Source of the DNA: a virus
Taxonomy: Duplodnaviria > Caudoviricetes
Direction: 5' to 3' (one strand)
Length of the DNA stretch: 64,000 nucleotides
Virus record (IMG/VR): IMGVR_UViG_3300028888_000053
Location: 96,001 to 160,000 of that record
The translations under genes and the position numbers were made by a program. This document shows, piece by piece, positions 12,755-25,062 of the stretch; the first letter of the stretch is position 1, and each line of letters opens with the position of its first letter. The notes beneath the pieces were generated by a model, which saw only the letters and a list, made by a program, of their open reading frames with translations, searched no databases and was not told the origin of the DNA.

Positions 12755-13489
12755 ATGGCATTTAATACATGGGATATCGTTAGTTCATATAATAATAATA
12801 CAAATGTACCATATTCAGTATACTAGCAAGCAAATGATCCTGTAAGACATGTTAGAACACAAAAAAGTTTTCTTGATAATACACTGAATGGTAATGATAA
12901 ATTAGATAGATTCCTAAATTTAATGAGTCAAAGATTGTATGATTCGACTTCAACATAGTCTGCATCTTCTACAAGCACATCAAGTACTGATGATGAAGAT
13001 GATAATGTTCAATTAGAATCTGTTTATAATCTTGGTACTTAGAGCGTAGAAGAGGACGAAGGAACTAACGACGATAATAAAAAAAAAGAGCAGACTCTAA
13101 AGTATAATACAGCAAGTCAATATTATAATATGCCACTCGATAAACTTTTACAAGTTACTGGGTTGGATTCTATTGTAAATATAACTAGTCATACACGTTC
13201 TGATAAACATAATGCTGAAGTGGGAGGAGCTCAACATAGTTGGCATTTACAATCAAGAGCTTCCGCATCTGGACATATGGGAGCATATGATATTGTTCCT
13301 AAAAATGGTGATTTCAAACAGATGTTTGATGCACTTACTTCTAATGAAGCGTTTGTAGAATGGGCCAAGGCAAATAATTATAATATCAATGACGAAACTA
13401 ATAGGTCTGGATATGGAGCGCATTTACATTTAGCGCCAGACTGGTTCGTAGCAGGTAGTACAAAGTATAGAAAGAAATATACATCATGA
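12755..13489 (+). CDS. M15-family (Hedgehog/DD-peptidase fold) peptidoglycan peptidase, endolysin-like (TAG-recoded N-terminus)
   Basis: TSHTRSDKHNAEVGGAQHSWHL...GAYDIV...AHLHL zinc motifs; frame extends through TAGs to ATG at 12755. Confidence 0.75.
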
Positions 13490-13734
13490 AAAAGTTTTTT
13501 AATGAACTGTTATCCTCTGGAATTACTCATCGTATTTCTTCTAAAAGAGTTTGTGGAATTCTTGGATGGTTAACAATATTAATATTAATTATATTATCAA
13601 CATTATATGGACTTGAAATTCCAAGTATAGCTGATACATTTTTATTCTGTTGTATGGGATTGCTTGGAATTGAGTCTGTAACAGCAATTTGGAATAAACC
13701 TAAAAATAATAATTTTAAAGACGAAGAACTATGA
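13486..13734 (+). CDS. two-TM membrane protein, holin-like
   Basis: ISSKRVCGILGW followed by two hydrophobic helices; coupled to the M15 gene. Confidence 0.55.
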   Translation: MKKFFNELLSSGITHRISSKRVCGILGWLTILILIILSTLYGLEIPSIADTFLFCCMGLLGIESVTAIWNKPKNNNFKDEEL

Positions 13735-13794
13735 GTAAATTTAGAGATGCCTATTGACAAATTATAAGTGGAGGCATTCAATATTAACATAATA

Positions 13795-13826
13795 AACCCC
13801 GACTTCAATAAAATGAGGCCGGGGTT
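13795..13826. terminator. bidirectional terminator between convergent units
   Basis: aaccccgacttca-ataaaa-tgaggccggggtt hairpin. Confidence 0.65.
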
Positions 13827-14227
13827 CTTTATTTAATTGACATTATGAAGAAAGTTGTTTTTCAAATTTTATTTTCCAATTCCATATGATTCATAATAAT
13901 ATACATTATTTAACGGAGCATAACAAATTTTTACTGCACTCTTTGCTTTGTCTTTAAATTCTTTTGGAATAAAAATTTTATTATACTGATAAAGTTCTTC
14001 CACATTAGGCTTTAATGCCTATTCTAAAGTTAACACTAAAACATTTTCCATATTACTTAACACTGATTTTATTTAATTCGTCCTGCCAATCAAGGAAATG
14101 CTGATCATTTTCAAACTCTAGCTATCTCGCAAAATTATCAATGAAGTTAGCTTCTTTTATACTTCGTTTAAATGCCTTACATAACATTTTAATCTTATGA
14201 CGGCGACGAATCAGTTTATACTTTTCT

Positions 14228-14802
14228 TTAATCTTCTTCAACATAAATCACTCCTGGTTCTCTAATGTCAATAGCTACAAAATCTCTAGCTTCACGCTCA
14301 TTCTTCATAACCATTTCTTGAGTTAAAATTTCTCCTGTATTGGAGTCAAAAATTTTTCTAATTACTTTGTTTCCAACTGCTCGCATATTCCATATATTCA
14401 TTAATCCAATGTAGCTCATTATCTCTTACATTATGTCCAATCTAAATAGCATAATTTAAAAAATCTGTTAAAGACATTAGTCCATTATATACAATTTCGG
14501 AAGGTACTAAATCATCAATTTTCATAAATCATCCAATCATTAATGTTAAAACCTTTTATCCCAATACCTAATTCATTATTATAAATCATATTATTTAAAT
14601 TATCATAAATAGATATTATAATTTCATTAGTGTATTTATTCTTAAAAAAATAATAAGGAATATCTTCTAATTCTTTTGGTTTTTGAGTTAAATCTTCATC
14701 ATACTCAATAATCTCAACATCTTCTAATGATATTCCAAGTTTTCTTAACTTTTTCTCCAAATGTACTGGAGAATATATTTTCCCTTTATATTTAAATTTC
14801 AT
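14228..14802 (-). CDS. two small hypothetical proteins (14228-14419, 14515-14802)
   Basis: Track ORFs co-oriented with the suppressor tRNA unit. Confidence 0.55.
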
Positions 14803-14814
14803 AAGCTTTTAATG

Positions 14815-14890
14815 TTGGGGTAGTGGGAGTCGAACCCACTTTAACACGGGGTTAGAGCCCGCTGCATGAGAACCGTAATGCTGCACCCCA
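14815..14890 (-). tRNA. amber suppressor tRNA, anticodon CUA, Gln-type acceptor stem
   Basis: TGGGGTG/TACCCCA acceptor, anticodon arm GCGGG-CT-CTA-AC-CCCGT, T arm GTGGG-TTCGACT-CCCAC; U1-A72, G2-C71, G3-C70 as in bacterial tRNA-Gln. Confidence 0.9.
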
Positions 14891-14899
14891 ATCACTATA

Positions 14900-15352
14900 T
14901 TAAACTTTTTGTATTTGCTTTCTTAACCCCTCAATTTTATTATCTATTACTGTATTGACGCATCGTTTAAATGTATCTGTTCCTCTTTTAATAAGTTTAA
15001 AATCAATCGCCTTATCAAAAGCTTTACTTAATTCATTTAAAGAAATAGGACTGTGTTTTGAATATAATTCACAAGTCTCTTGAAAGACTTCATCACTAAT
15101 AGCATCAATATCTTTCTTAAACTGTTCCACATGAGCATTAATAGCATTTTTAATTGCTACAGCTCTTTGTTCTGCACTATTCTATGTTTCTGGCTGATCT
15201 TTTAAACCAGATACTTCAGGAGTATATCCAGATGTCATCCGAATAGAATATCCATGATCAGTAATGTCATAATTAATTGTAGTATCACCAACTACCAACT
15301 AACCCTTACCAGGCTTTAACTGTTTTAACTGTTGTATTAATTCATGTATCAT
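14900..15352 (-). CDS. hypothetical protein (TAG-recoded, 150 aa)
   Basis: MIHELIQQLKQLKPGKG*LVVG... extends track ORF 14900-15130. Confidence 0.65.
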
Positions 15353-15398
15353 ATTAGTAAAATTTAACGTTATTAATTTGTTTATTTTATCTAATGCA

Positions 15399-15426
15399 AT
15401 TATAAACAAATTTTCAAAAAATGCAA
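15399..15426 (-). promoter_or_regulatory. putative promoter TTGCAT-N16-TATAAT for the suppressor-tRNA unit
   Basis: TATAATTGCA core identical to the 35.35-kb promoter. Confidence 0.5.
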
Positions 15427-15473
15427 GTTTAATATAGTTAAGAATTGTTAAAATGATTGTTAAAAAAGATTAA

Positions 15474-17141
15474 TCAATGTATGTTCTCAAGAAAATCGCT
15501 GTTTTCATCAATAATTCTTTTTATAAAAGCCATATAGTCTTTTTTAACTATTTGTAACTACTATTCTTTTACTTTAGGATCTCCATTAAAATTCTACCAT
15601 TTCCACTATCTTCTATTTAAATTGACATATTCTTTTTCCTACTATGACGTTAGACGGTTATTTTCTCTTATTAACTCAAATTTTTTCTAATTTGACAGTC
15701 CTTCTGGTCTTCCTCTTTTTGGCTTTGATGCATTCTAAACAGTTTCTTCATTTTTCAAGTCTTTATTAATACGCTGTTTTGTTATAGACTACAAATGTAA
15801 ATCATCATCAAATTTATCTTCTGGCTTTACTTTATATGAAGTTTCTACAACTTTAACAGTTCCCTAACCAGGTGTATACATTGTTGTTTCTGTTACTTGC
15901 TACTATGTAGGAGTAATCACTCTAATATTTGGATCAGCCTATGCATTTCCAAAATAAGGTCTTATCTTATGACCTTTTAAAACTTCATATTTTTTTCCAT
16001 TACGCTCAATAATACTTCCAACTGGAATTGCACTTGTTTGATTAGTTTTCGGAACTAAAGTAGGAATAGTAACTGGAGTTTCAGCAGCTCTTAAAGGCGT
16101 AACAATTGGTTCTGGCCGAGATCCAATAAGCTTTCTACCATCAATACTACCAATCATATCCAAATAAGCAGTTGATGCAGCAGGATCTTTTCCAATTAAT
16201 TCCATCATTTCTGGATCTTCTGCAATAAATTCAGACCATACTGGCTATTTTAATCCCTATTCTGCCAAAGACAAAGATGTATTATCTAATACTTCTTGCC
16301 TAGCAGGATTACCAAACCAATTGCGGAAATTATCAAAGTGACCAACAAGTCTTTGTAATACTGGTAATTCCGTAGCTCTTTCTGCAATTCTTTGCATTCC
16401 CTTCTTTGTTACAGCGCCAGCAGCTTTACGTACCAAACCACCAACCTAATATTTTCTTTTAAAATTATTAATTGGACCACCATGCTTTTTAGCTTCAATT
16501 CTTGGACGTAAAGATTCTGTTCTACCTCCATAGGTAACAGATGAAGGACTAATAACTGTGGCTGGAATATTACTTCCTGTTACATTTTTAACAGTTGGTT
16601 TTAAATAATATGGAATTTGTTTAATATTACGTACTATATTATTAAATCCTTTTCTCCAAGATTTACCAGCAATCCAAATTCCTGGATTGGTAAAATTTGC
16701 AACGATTGGATTAATATCAAGTTGTTCGCTAACAAATTCATTCCATGGTTTGCCAGTAACTTTTGTTGTAAGAGAATCCACACCAGCTCCAAGAATTTCA
16801 GCTTTAGCTAAAGGTTTTGCAACCCAGCCAATATTTTTCCCTAACTACATTACTCCATTTGTTAAACTAGACGCAGAAGTCAAACCTCTGCCCAATGGAT
16901 GTAATAAGCCAATTACAGTAGCAGCGCCCGCTGTGGCTAAAGGTAATGATACTGGCTATTCGCCACTAAGCTAAGATCCTATTGAACCAACTAATTCGTC
17001 GCTTTTTCTACGTATCCAACTACGATTTGCCGGTTCGATTTTTGCATCATGGTATTCTTCCGCATTAAACTTTGGATCAATATAAGTTGTAATATTAAGT
17101 ACTCCAGATGGATTCTAATGTTTTTTAATTAGTTTTTTCAT
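15474..17141 (-). CDS. leader-array protein A (555 aa, TAG-recoded)
   Basis: MKKLIKKH*NPSG leader; Gly/Ala-rich segment plus TGK...NPG module; internal KKHGGPINNFKRKY*VGG; joins track ORFs 16446-16781 and 15939-16208. Confidence 0.8.
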
Positions 17142-17164
17142 TTTTGTCATTATTTATATTGCAA

Positions 17165-17965
17165 TTATTTATTCTAAAAAGATTTATTACGTAGCTCTAA
17201 TACTTCTTGTAATTTTTGTAAACCAATTTGATTTCCACTCCTCTTTGCTCGTTCTACTGCTGTATCAATAGCTTCCTAAGGCATTTCCTTAACATTTTCT
17301 GGAGTTATAAATCCTGTATCCATTGTTTTAACATATCTAGCAAATGGCATTAAATCATACGGCTTTTCCATATGATGATATATAGCCTGTATAACATCTT
17401 CTGAAGCATCAGGAAAAACCTAACTTACTAAAGAAGCACCAATAGGACCATGCCCGTCGCCAGATAATAATTTGCCAGCATCATGTAATAATGATGCGGA
17501 TACAGCATCTTGCTTAGAATAACCATTAGGCTATGTTACCGCAAATGCGCGTTTTGTTACTAATTTGGAATGATCCCATGTCGTAGGATCATTAAAATGC
17601 CATGCTGGATTTTCTAATCTTAGCTAAGCAGGATATATACCAGTTTTACCATACTATGTCTACAAGCCACTAACCACTTCATTCATGATAGATCGTACTT
17701 TATATGGATTAACTATACCATTCTAGTCAACTATTTCAGAAATTGAATGAGTTGGCCCTGTATATGGTATATAAGTATTGCCAGAAGCTAATCTTGACTA
17801 TTCTACATTAAATGGCATATTACGTTTATGAATCGGTAACTTAGTTTCTCCAATAACTCGCATCATAGAATAAGGATATTGCTTTTTAAACATATATGCA
17901 AGAATTGGTTTACGAATTAACTTAGTTAAAAATCCAGTATAGCCTTTTCTAATTAATTTTTTCAT
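17165..17965 (-). CDS. leader-array protein B with HD-domain phosphohydrolase (TAG-recoded)
   Basis: MKKLIRKGYTG leader; WH...TWDHS...SLLHDAGK...GHGPIGA...IYHHM...KTMD. Confidence 0.75.
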
Positions 17966-18010
17966 AGTATTATTTTTAAAATATTTAATACATTATCGTT
18001 TATTTTACAC

Positions 18011-18056
18011 ATTATATATCTTATTATTTGAAAAATCAAGTATTTATATTTAAAAT
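18011..18056. promoter_or_regulatory. divergent promoters (TTGATT-N17-TATAAT on -, TTGAAA-N17-TAAAAT on +)
   Basis: - boxes at 18034-18039 and 18011-18016; + boxes at 18028-18033 and 18051-18056. Confidence 0.55.
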
Positions 18057-18099
18057 TGAATTTATTAAAATATAATACTCATTTTATAAAAATAACATA

Positions 18100-18426
18100 A
18101 TGGAAGAAGATATAAAATATAATTCAAAAGAATGGAATGACGCTTATTTAAATTCTAATATTCATCGATTATATTCTAAAGACAAGCCGCTATCTCCACA
18201 AGATCCATTAGTAATGGCGTTTCTACCATGGAAAAAACTTGGAAAACTAGGAGCTTTATTTGGAATTAAAAAACTATCAGATAATGCATATGATGCATAT
18301 CAAAAACGTTTGTAGGATAAAGAGGTCTCAGAATAGAAAAATAAAAAGAGGTTATTACCAAAAATAAAATTTTGGCAAGATGCTAATCTTTTAAAATATC
18401 CTATTACATATGAAATTAATTAGTAA
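18100..18426 (+). CDS. hypothetical protein (TAG-recoded) ending with a KNKKRLLPK motif
   Basis: Track ORF 18100-18315 reads through TAG to TAA at 18426. Confidence 0.6.
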
Positions 18427-18736
18427 AATAATACACTTCTTTAATTTTATTCCTAAACTTAATTATATAGAATACAATAACAACTTAGAAAAAGAATTAC
18501 AAGAATATTTTTTAAATGGGATAAAATACTCTGATTATATTCTAGACAAATTTTTACCTTATATATTATATAAATGTAAATTAAAAGGTCTCTATCCTAC
18601 AAGGCACGAAATTAGTAAATATTTAAAAAAAGAAATATCTTTTGATTAGATTAGAAGTAAATGGCAGGAATTTGAGTAGAGTAATCAAACAGCTGAAGAT
18701 TATAATCACATTATAATTAATGGATGTCATTATTAA
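18410..18736 (+). CDS. hypothetical protein (TAG-recoded)
   Basis: Track ORF 18410-18649 reads through two TAGs to TAA at 18736. Confidence 0.55.
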
Positions 18737-18755
18737 TTAGATAATAAAATAAAAA

Positions 18756-18793
18756 AAATAAAGCCAGGCTAAATTAATAGTCTGGCTTTATTT
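18756..18793. terminator. bidirectional terminator
   Basis: aaataaagccaggcta-aattaa-tagtctggctttattt between convergent genes. Confidence 0.75.
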
Positions 18794-18796
18794 GTA

Positions 18797-19318
18797 TTAT
18801 TTCTTAATAAAACTAGTTCCTTCAAATTCTCTAATCTCCCCTGTCTTACTATCTTTATATTGTAATACACCTTTACTACCAGGTATAAATCTTGGATCTC
18901 TACTTAACTTCTATAATCCAGCAACAGTTCCTCTTGTTGCATAATTACCAGGACCAGATTGTGGAAATAATATTTCAGCTCCTTCTGGTAATTCATCATA
19001 TAAAGCATCAAATAACTATTGCTTTTCCTCCTATGTAATTGTTGCTGGAACTTTATTCTACACATCATCCCAAGTTCTTATATGAACATAGAACTTATTA
19101 TTTCCTTGAGGTTCTAATACAATCTATCTTGGTTGTACATTAGTACTACCTGGTAAAGATAATCTTATCTTTCCATTACTCTATACTTGTTTTGTTACAG
19201 CTGACTTAGGAGTTGATTTAATTAACTTTGGTAATTCTTTAGCAACCTTAGGAGTAATGCGGTTTATGATTTCACCAATAATTTTACCGCGTTGATTCTT
19301 TGGAATTAAGTGTTTCAT
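18797..19318 (-). CDS. leader-array protein C (173 aa, TAG-recoded)
   Basis: MKHLIPKNQRGKII leader followed by a globular domain of unknown function. Confidence 0.8.
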
Positions 19319-19839
19319 TATCGAATAAGATCAATTTCAACATTTGGGTCATTTATGCGTTCTGGGTGGTTTGTATATATATACCTAGGTATTTTGTAGC
19401 CATTCCGGATCTATAATGATGGATAAGGCTAAATTGGAGTCAATGGAATAACATCTCCAATTTCAGTTTGTGGTATATCTATCCACTCAGGAACATTATC
19501 AAGTTGAGTTGTACGTAATGTTTTATAAAGATTTTCTGTATATGGTAATAACACCATATCGTTGTCCAAAGATACTGGGCCAACAATACCAAAAGTTTCA
19601 GTTTGCGGCTACTCTATTGATTTTACATATCGAAATGATTGATATGGAGCAGTTTTAGAAACAACAGCGTCAGTTGCCTATACAACAGCTTTTGGATTGT
19701 TTGATTTTGGAGTTTTCGACGCACGGGCTAGGATATATTTAATTACCTTCTATGCCGTTGGTGCCAATTCTTTGCTTACAATTGGAGCAGCCTTTCGTAC
19801 GATAGCTCCTGCTTGATGTTTTGGAATTAATTTTTTCAT
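19318..19839 (-). CDS. leader-array protein D (173 aa, TAG-recoded)
   Basis: MKKLIPKHQAGAIVRKAA leader; TAATG and ATGA overlaps with neighbours. Confidence 0.8.
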
Positions 19840-22800
19840 TGTTCTTGATTTTTTAAATAACGTGGATCATAATATCTATAAAGTGTTCTCCAATCTTTAT
19901 CTGCGATTAAATTTCTAACTGTAGGATTTGATAAATCATATCCTTCATCTACTAAATGTTTGATGTTTTCTCGTTTATTCTTATTAGACATATAAGCCAT
20001 AAAATTAGCAAGTGTTAATCCAACTCCAGCTAATCCCCAACCTAATCGTTTATTCATAATTTTATTTTGATTATACCAAGATTCTATATTGTTGTTACTT
20101 AGCTGGAGATTATTCTCACTAATAGCATCCCTCGTTTCGCTATCCTATTTTCTAATTTCGTCTCTGCGTTTTTTGTAATGCTGTAATGATTTTTTTGCAT
20201 CTGAACTATTTTTCTATAATAAATATCGTTTTGTTGATACTTCTTTATGTGCTTTTTTAATTTTTTGTCCGATCTCAGTTAATTCGGATAAAATTTTTTT
20301 CTGTTCTTCGAGAAATTCAGCAGAAGTATAATTATCGCTATTCGCTCTTAAATAATGTAATTGTTCTAACAGGTCATATCTGCGTTCAGTCAATTTGCTA
20401 TATCCGTCGATATAACGGAATGGACTCGGCATACTATATGGTCTACGTCTTATAGTCAAAGTTTGAAATGGATCCTAATTCAGTTCATCAATGAAATAAG
20501 CCTCTCCTCTTAACCATTTTCTATACTGTTCTTTTGGAATCTTATGATATCTATCTAATAATGCTTCAAGTTTAGATAACACTTCTTGTTTTACACTTGG
20601 AGGAGCTTCAATAAGGCGAACGCTATCATTATTTCCAGTCGATTCAGATATTGCTTTTAATAAAGATCCTAATTCTGGATGATTTTTCCGAGAAACAATT
20701 CTAGCACCCGATGCAATAGGTTCTGCAAATCCGCCAGAATATCCCATGTCATACAGTCCCATCTATAATGTTACTGGAACATTCTGTTCTTTAGATTTAT
20801 TTCTTAAATCGTCAATTACTTTATGTTTATATGTTATTGAGTTGGTCTTATCAATCGGAAAATCAGCTAAATCTCCATGGTAAAATTCTGGGCTCAAGCT
20901 TTTCTAAAGATGTTTAACCTATTCAACCAAACTATATGGAGTCGTTATTTTTTCTGGCTTATATGTTAATGGACGCTAAGTAATAGCGGCTACATTTCTG
21001 TAATAACCAGTTGCGCTTTGCCCTGGACGCCATCCTCCATATGGGTTTAATAAAGCAGTATTTATTCCTGCACCAGAACCTGTTCCTCCAGAAAATGCTC
21101 CATCGCCAGTAAATAGTTCTATTTTAGCATTATGATATGGTAAACCACTTGCAGTTTTTTCTGCTACTACATCGTTACCAACCATCCTTACTCCAGTAGA
21201 CATTTCAAAATTGTATGTATTAAATACATTACGCATCAACTATTCATCTGTAGCAAATTTTTTAGCTTCTTCTTCACTAATATTTAGAACTTCTTGTAAA
21301 AATTTTGCATTTGCTTCATAGTCTTTAAAACTTAAATTAGGATATAATTCAGTACCCAATTTAAACTAAGATCCTAAATTTGTTTTACCTAGATTCTACA
21401 ATGCCTACGAGTAGGACTACTAAACTTTCGGATCGGTATTTAATAAAACATTGAACTATCGTATTTTATGCTTCACATTATCTGGCTTTGTAAATGTTTC
21501 TGCAGAGACCATATCACTTAATAAATGTCTTTGCATGTTTTCTGGATTTCTTAACAACTAAAATAAATCTTCAGCTTTAATTGGTAATGGTAAATTTTCT
21601 AGATCATCAATTAAGAACTACTGACCTTTATAGTTTGATGGATTCATAGTATAATCATAGGCCAATTTACTATATTCCTCAGGAAATAGAGATCTATAAA
21701 TCTAATGAGCTAGTTTACCAGTAGCAAAGCCATCAGCATTTTCATCAATAAGATTAATTTCAGTATCAACATTGAGATGGTCTAAATCATGTGCTCTAAA
21801 TGTATAAGGAGAAGTTCCTTTCTATCCGCCAATACTATTATTTCGATACTATTTGAATTCTAATTTTTTCTTTAAAGACTCTAGACGTGGTCTAGTTGTG
21901 TAAATTTCAGTATCAGCAGGACCAATTAACTTGTCAGATTTATCTAAACTTCCTTTTATAAGTCCATTTCTATAACTTACCAAAGATCCAGCAACAACAC
22001 CATCGCCTCCCATTTTATTTTCTAATTCAGTAATGTATTTACCAATAGATTCCTAAATAGGTGCAGTATCTCCAGTTATAATCGGAAACCCACCTGTCGT
22101 CCTGGTAGTTTCTAAGGCCGAGATATCTCCAGTATGCTGCCATTGTGCTTTATTTATAACTTTCTCCAGTGTTCGATTAGATCTTTGTACTGTAGCAGAT
22201 TTCCCTAAAACAGAAAGTGTCTACGCATCATTTGCAGAATGGGCGTCTAAAATTATTGGCTATTTTAATGATACCTAGAAGGACTCAATTGGAGGTAACT
22301 ATTTCTAATAAACTTTACTCCTAGTAATTTGTCGACTTTTTGCATCTCTTTTTTGTTCAGACAAAACTCTCCAATCAACAGATCTACTATCTCTATTAAG
22401 CTTTATCTTCTCACTCTCTATTTCATTTATTTTATCATATAAATCATTTATCTTACCCTGTACCGTTGCAGACTATACCTTTAATGCGTCTTGCATCGTT
22501 TCTAAAGCGTCTTCCTCTTTTTGTAATTCAGCTTTCTTAGCTTTAAGAGATCTTCTTTTACGCAAAGCATCTCTAAGTCCAAAATTCTTCGCACCTAGCG
22601 CAAATCCAGGATTAAAAAACGAAGCTACTGTTTCTGGAATATCAAACATAGGTGCTACATATTCTCCAAAATTTTTACCAGTAGCAATCTTCATACCACT
22701 ATCAACTGCTTCTCCTCCTATAGCTCCTTTTACAAGAGCCGCACCAAAATCTAATGCTTTATCTTTAATGAGCTATGGATTAGTACGTACTGTATTATAA

Positions 22801-23189
22801 ACAGTTTTTACAGCTCCAGGAATTGCTTTTATCACTGCTGGAGTTCCTTGTACTACCGTCTTAGCTTTTGATACTGGGAATGCTATGGATAAAGCTGGTA
22901 CGAACGTTCGTTTTATACCAACCAGCGGATTGGTATTATTTTCCATACTCGCTATCCATCTATCTCTAAATCCAGTAGGAGACCAATAATCCTAATTTCT
23001 TCTGTCTGAAGTTCGCATATCAATAGATGGTTCACCCTCCAATTCGGTTAATTCATCACTAACTTCATAAGTATCATTGCCAGTAGCTTTATCCCATATA
23101 CTTCGTATTAAACCAATAGGAGTTGTTGGATATTCTTTTTGTCTAATAATTTTACCACTGTGCTAAAATTTCTATACTAATTTTTTCAT
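19836..23189 (-). CDS. leader-array protein E (1117 aa, TAG-recoded) with nucleotidyltransferase-like domain
   Basis: MKKLV*KF*HSGKII leader; five track ORFs share one frame; GVVAGSLVSY...PADTEIY...VDTEINL resembles the pol-beta NTase motif. Confidence 0.7.
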
Positions 23190-23195
23190 AATCAA

Positions 23196-24350
23196 TTATG
23201 GAATAACAGCTCCTCTTAGAGCGCTTTCTAAATGATCTGGATTATTCTCTAATGTCCATAACCATTGATCATTTAAACCATTTTTTACTAAATATTCTAT
23301 TTGCTAGTCTCTATTTAAAGATTTTAAATAATCAACATGAGAAGTAGGAGAAATATTTAAATCCTAAAGTTTTTCATATCCTTTTCCAGTGTGATACTTG
23401 TAAAAATCAAACTAAGAAATAGGAGCTTTATTATATTCTCCATTATATTTTGGCGTTACAACTAATCCTTTTACAGTCTCCCATTCTAAAGGAGCATCTT
23501 CTTTAGGTACAATCCATATATCCCCATCTACTTGTGTTGTTAATCGGTGTGTAGATGGCTATCCTTTAGAAAACATAGGAACAGAATATCGTGAACCAGA
23601 TCCTTCCTAAGTAATAACACCATACTTCTTATATGATGGTAGCGCTTTTGCAGTAACCTATCTATAAAATTTTGCTTTAGGTAATTTGGATAAAAATTTT
23701 ATTACTGTTCCAACCTGTCCCTTTGGAATTAACCTTCCACCAGAAGCTCTCTTATAATAAGATCCCCCTAAAGCCTCAACAATCCTATTAGATCTATTTA
23801 GACCACTAGCAGCAGATAACGCAGATTCTAACTTACTATGTAATCCACTTTTTAACGCATCAAGAATAGAATTAGTATGCTTACCTAAACGATATAGTTT
23901 ATACCGAGTAGAAGCTACTGCAGCTAAAGCAGAAGGAGTAATCGTATCACCTGGAGTCGGATTTGACTTAGTTCCAAAACGTTCATTATAAGCGTCTTTA
24001 ACTGCTTTTACACCTTCCTGCATTTTATTATACGTCCAATCATCCACTTCTTTTGCTGGAATTGGTTTTCCACTAAACCAATGTTTAGGAGCATCTGAAG
24101 TTTCAGCTACTCCATCACCAAGTGTCATAGTACCCCTACCAAGCTATGGATTATATACTCCATCTGAATAAGCTGTATAATAACGGCCATCTTTGGAAAC
24201 ACCTTTATTAATATTATTTTCAGCAGCATGAATAACAGTTTTAGATAATGCTGGATCTAAAACTTCTTCACCTCCACCATATTTCAAAACATGGCCTTGC
24301 TTATATTTATTTATATTAAGTAACTTTTTCATTAAATTGCTTTTTTGCAT
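23196..24350 (-). CDS. leader-array protein F: T4-type lysozyme domain plus second leader plus C-terminal ART-like domain (TAG-recoded)
   Basis: MKKLLNINKYKQG; AAEN...YTAYSD...GTMTLGDG...ALAAVASTRY...NRSNRIVEAL; junction KRASGGRLIPKGQVG; then KFYR*V...YGVI...PMFSKG. Confidence 0.7.
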
Positions 24351-24462
24351 ATAATATTAATTCTTTTCTTATGTTATAATACTTGACATCATCATATTTA
24401 ATTTGATTTATTATTGACATATTTTAATAATTCATCAACTCTTGCGTACAATTATATAATTT

Positions 24463-25062
24463 TTATTCTAATATAATGCGTTTTGGAACTTTTATATCCT
24501 CAAACTACCACTGTCCATTTACCTTCTACCAACTCCTAATCTAAGTCGGTAATTTATCACCAGGAAAGAAAGCAATAGAAGACTCTTCTGGAAACCATAG
24601 AGATCCTGTATTCTAATAATCACTAATACTGCCAGGATGAACGGACGTAGATTTAACAGGAGCACTATAATGACCACCACTCCCAATTCTTACCATTAGA
24701 TTGTCATCTACAGGAGTAGTTAAATATACTGGATTATCAACCATAGAACCATTTCTCTATGATAACATTTTGCGTTCAACGTAACTTCCAGGCTAATAAA
24801 AAGGAGAACCAACACGCCAACCATACGCTTCATGATTTCCTGTATTTGGACGTATTACAAAAGTTCCATCCTCTAACATAGAAACTTCTTTTGGAGTTGT
24901 AGTTCTATAAATAACACCCTTGTCATATAACTAAGGATGTAGACCATTTTTTACAACTTTGTCTAATGCCTTAGCTACAGATCGACCACGAATGGCTCGC
25001 TATGTCATCTACAATAATTTTAATAAGCCTCCAATCTAAGCTTTTGAAATTAATTGTTTCAT
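24463..25062 (-). CDS. leader-array protein G (199 aa, TAG-recoded), possible ART-like domain
   Basis: MKQLISKA*IGGLL leader; VIYRTT...GWRVGSPFY. The CDS is well supported, the domain call is weak. Confidence 0.7.
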
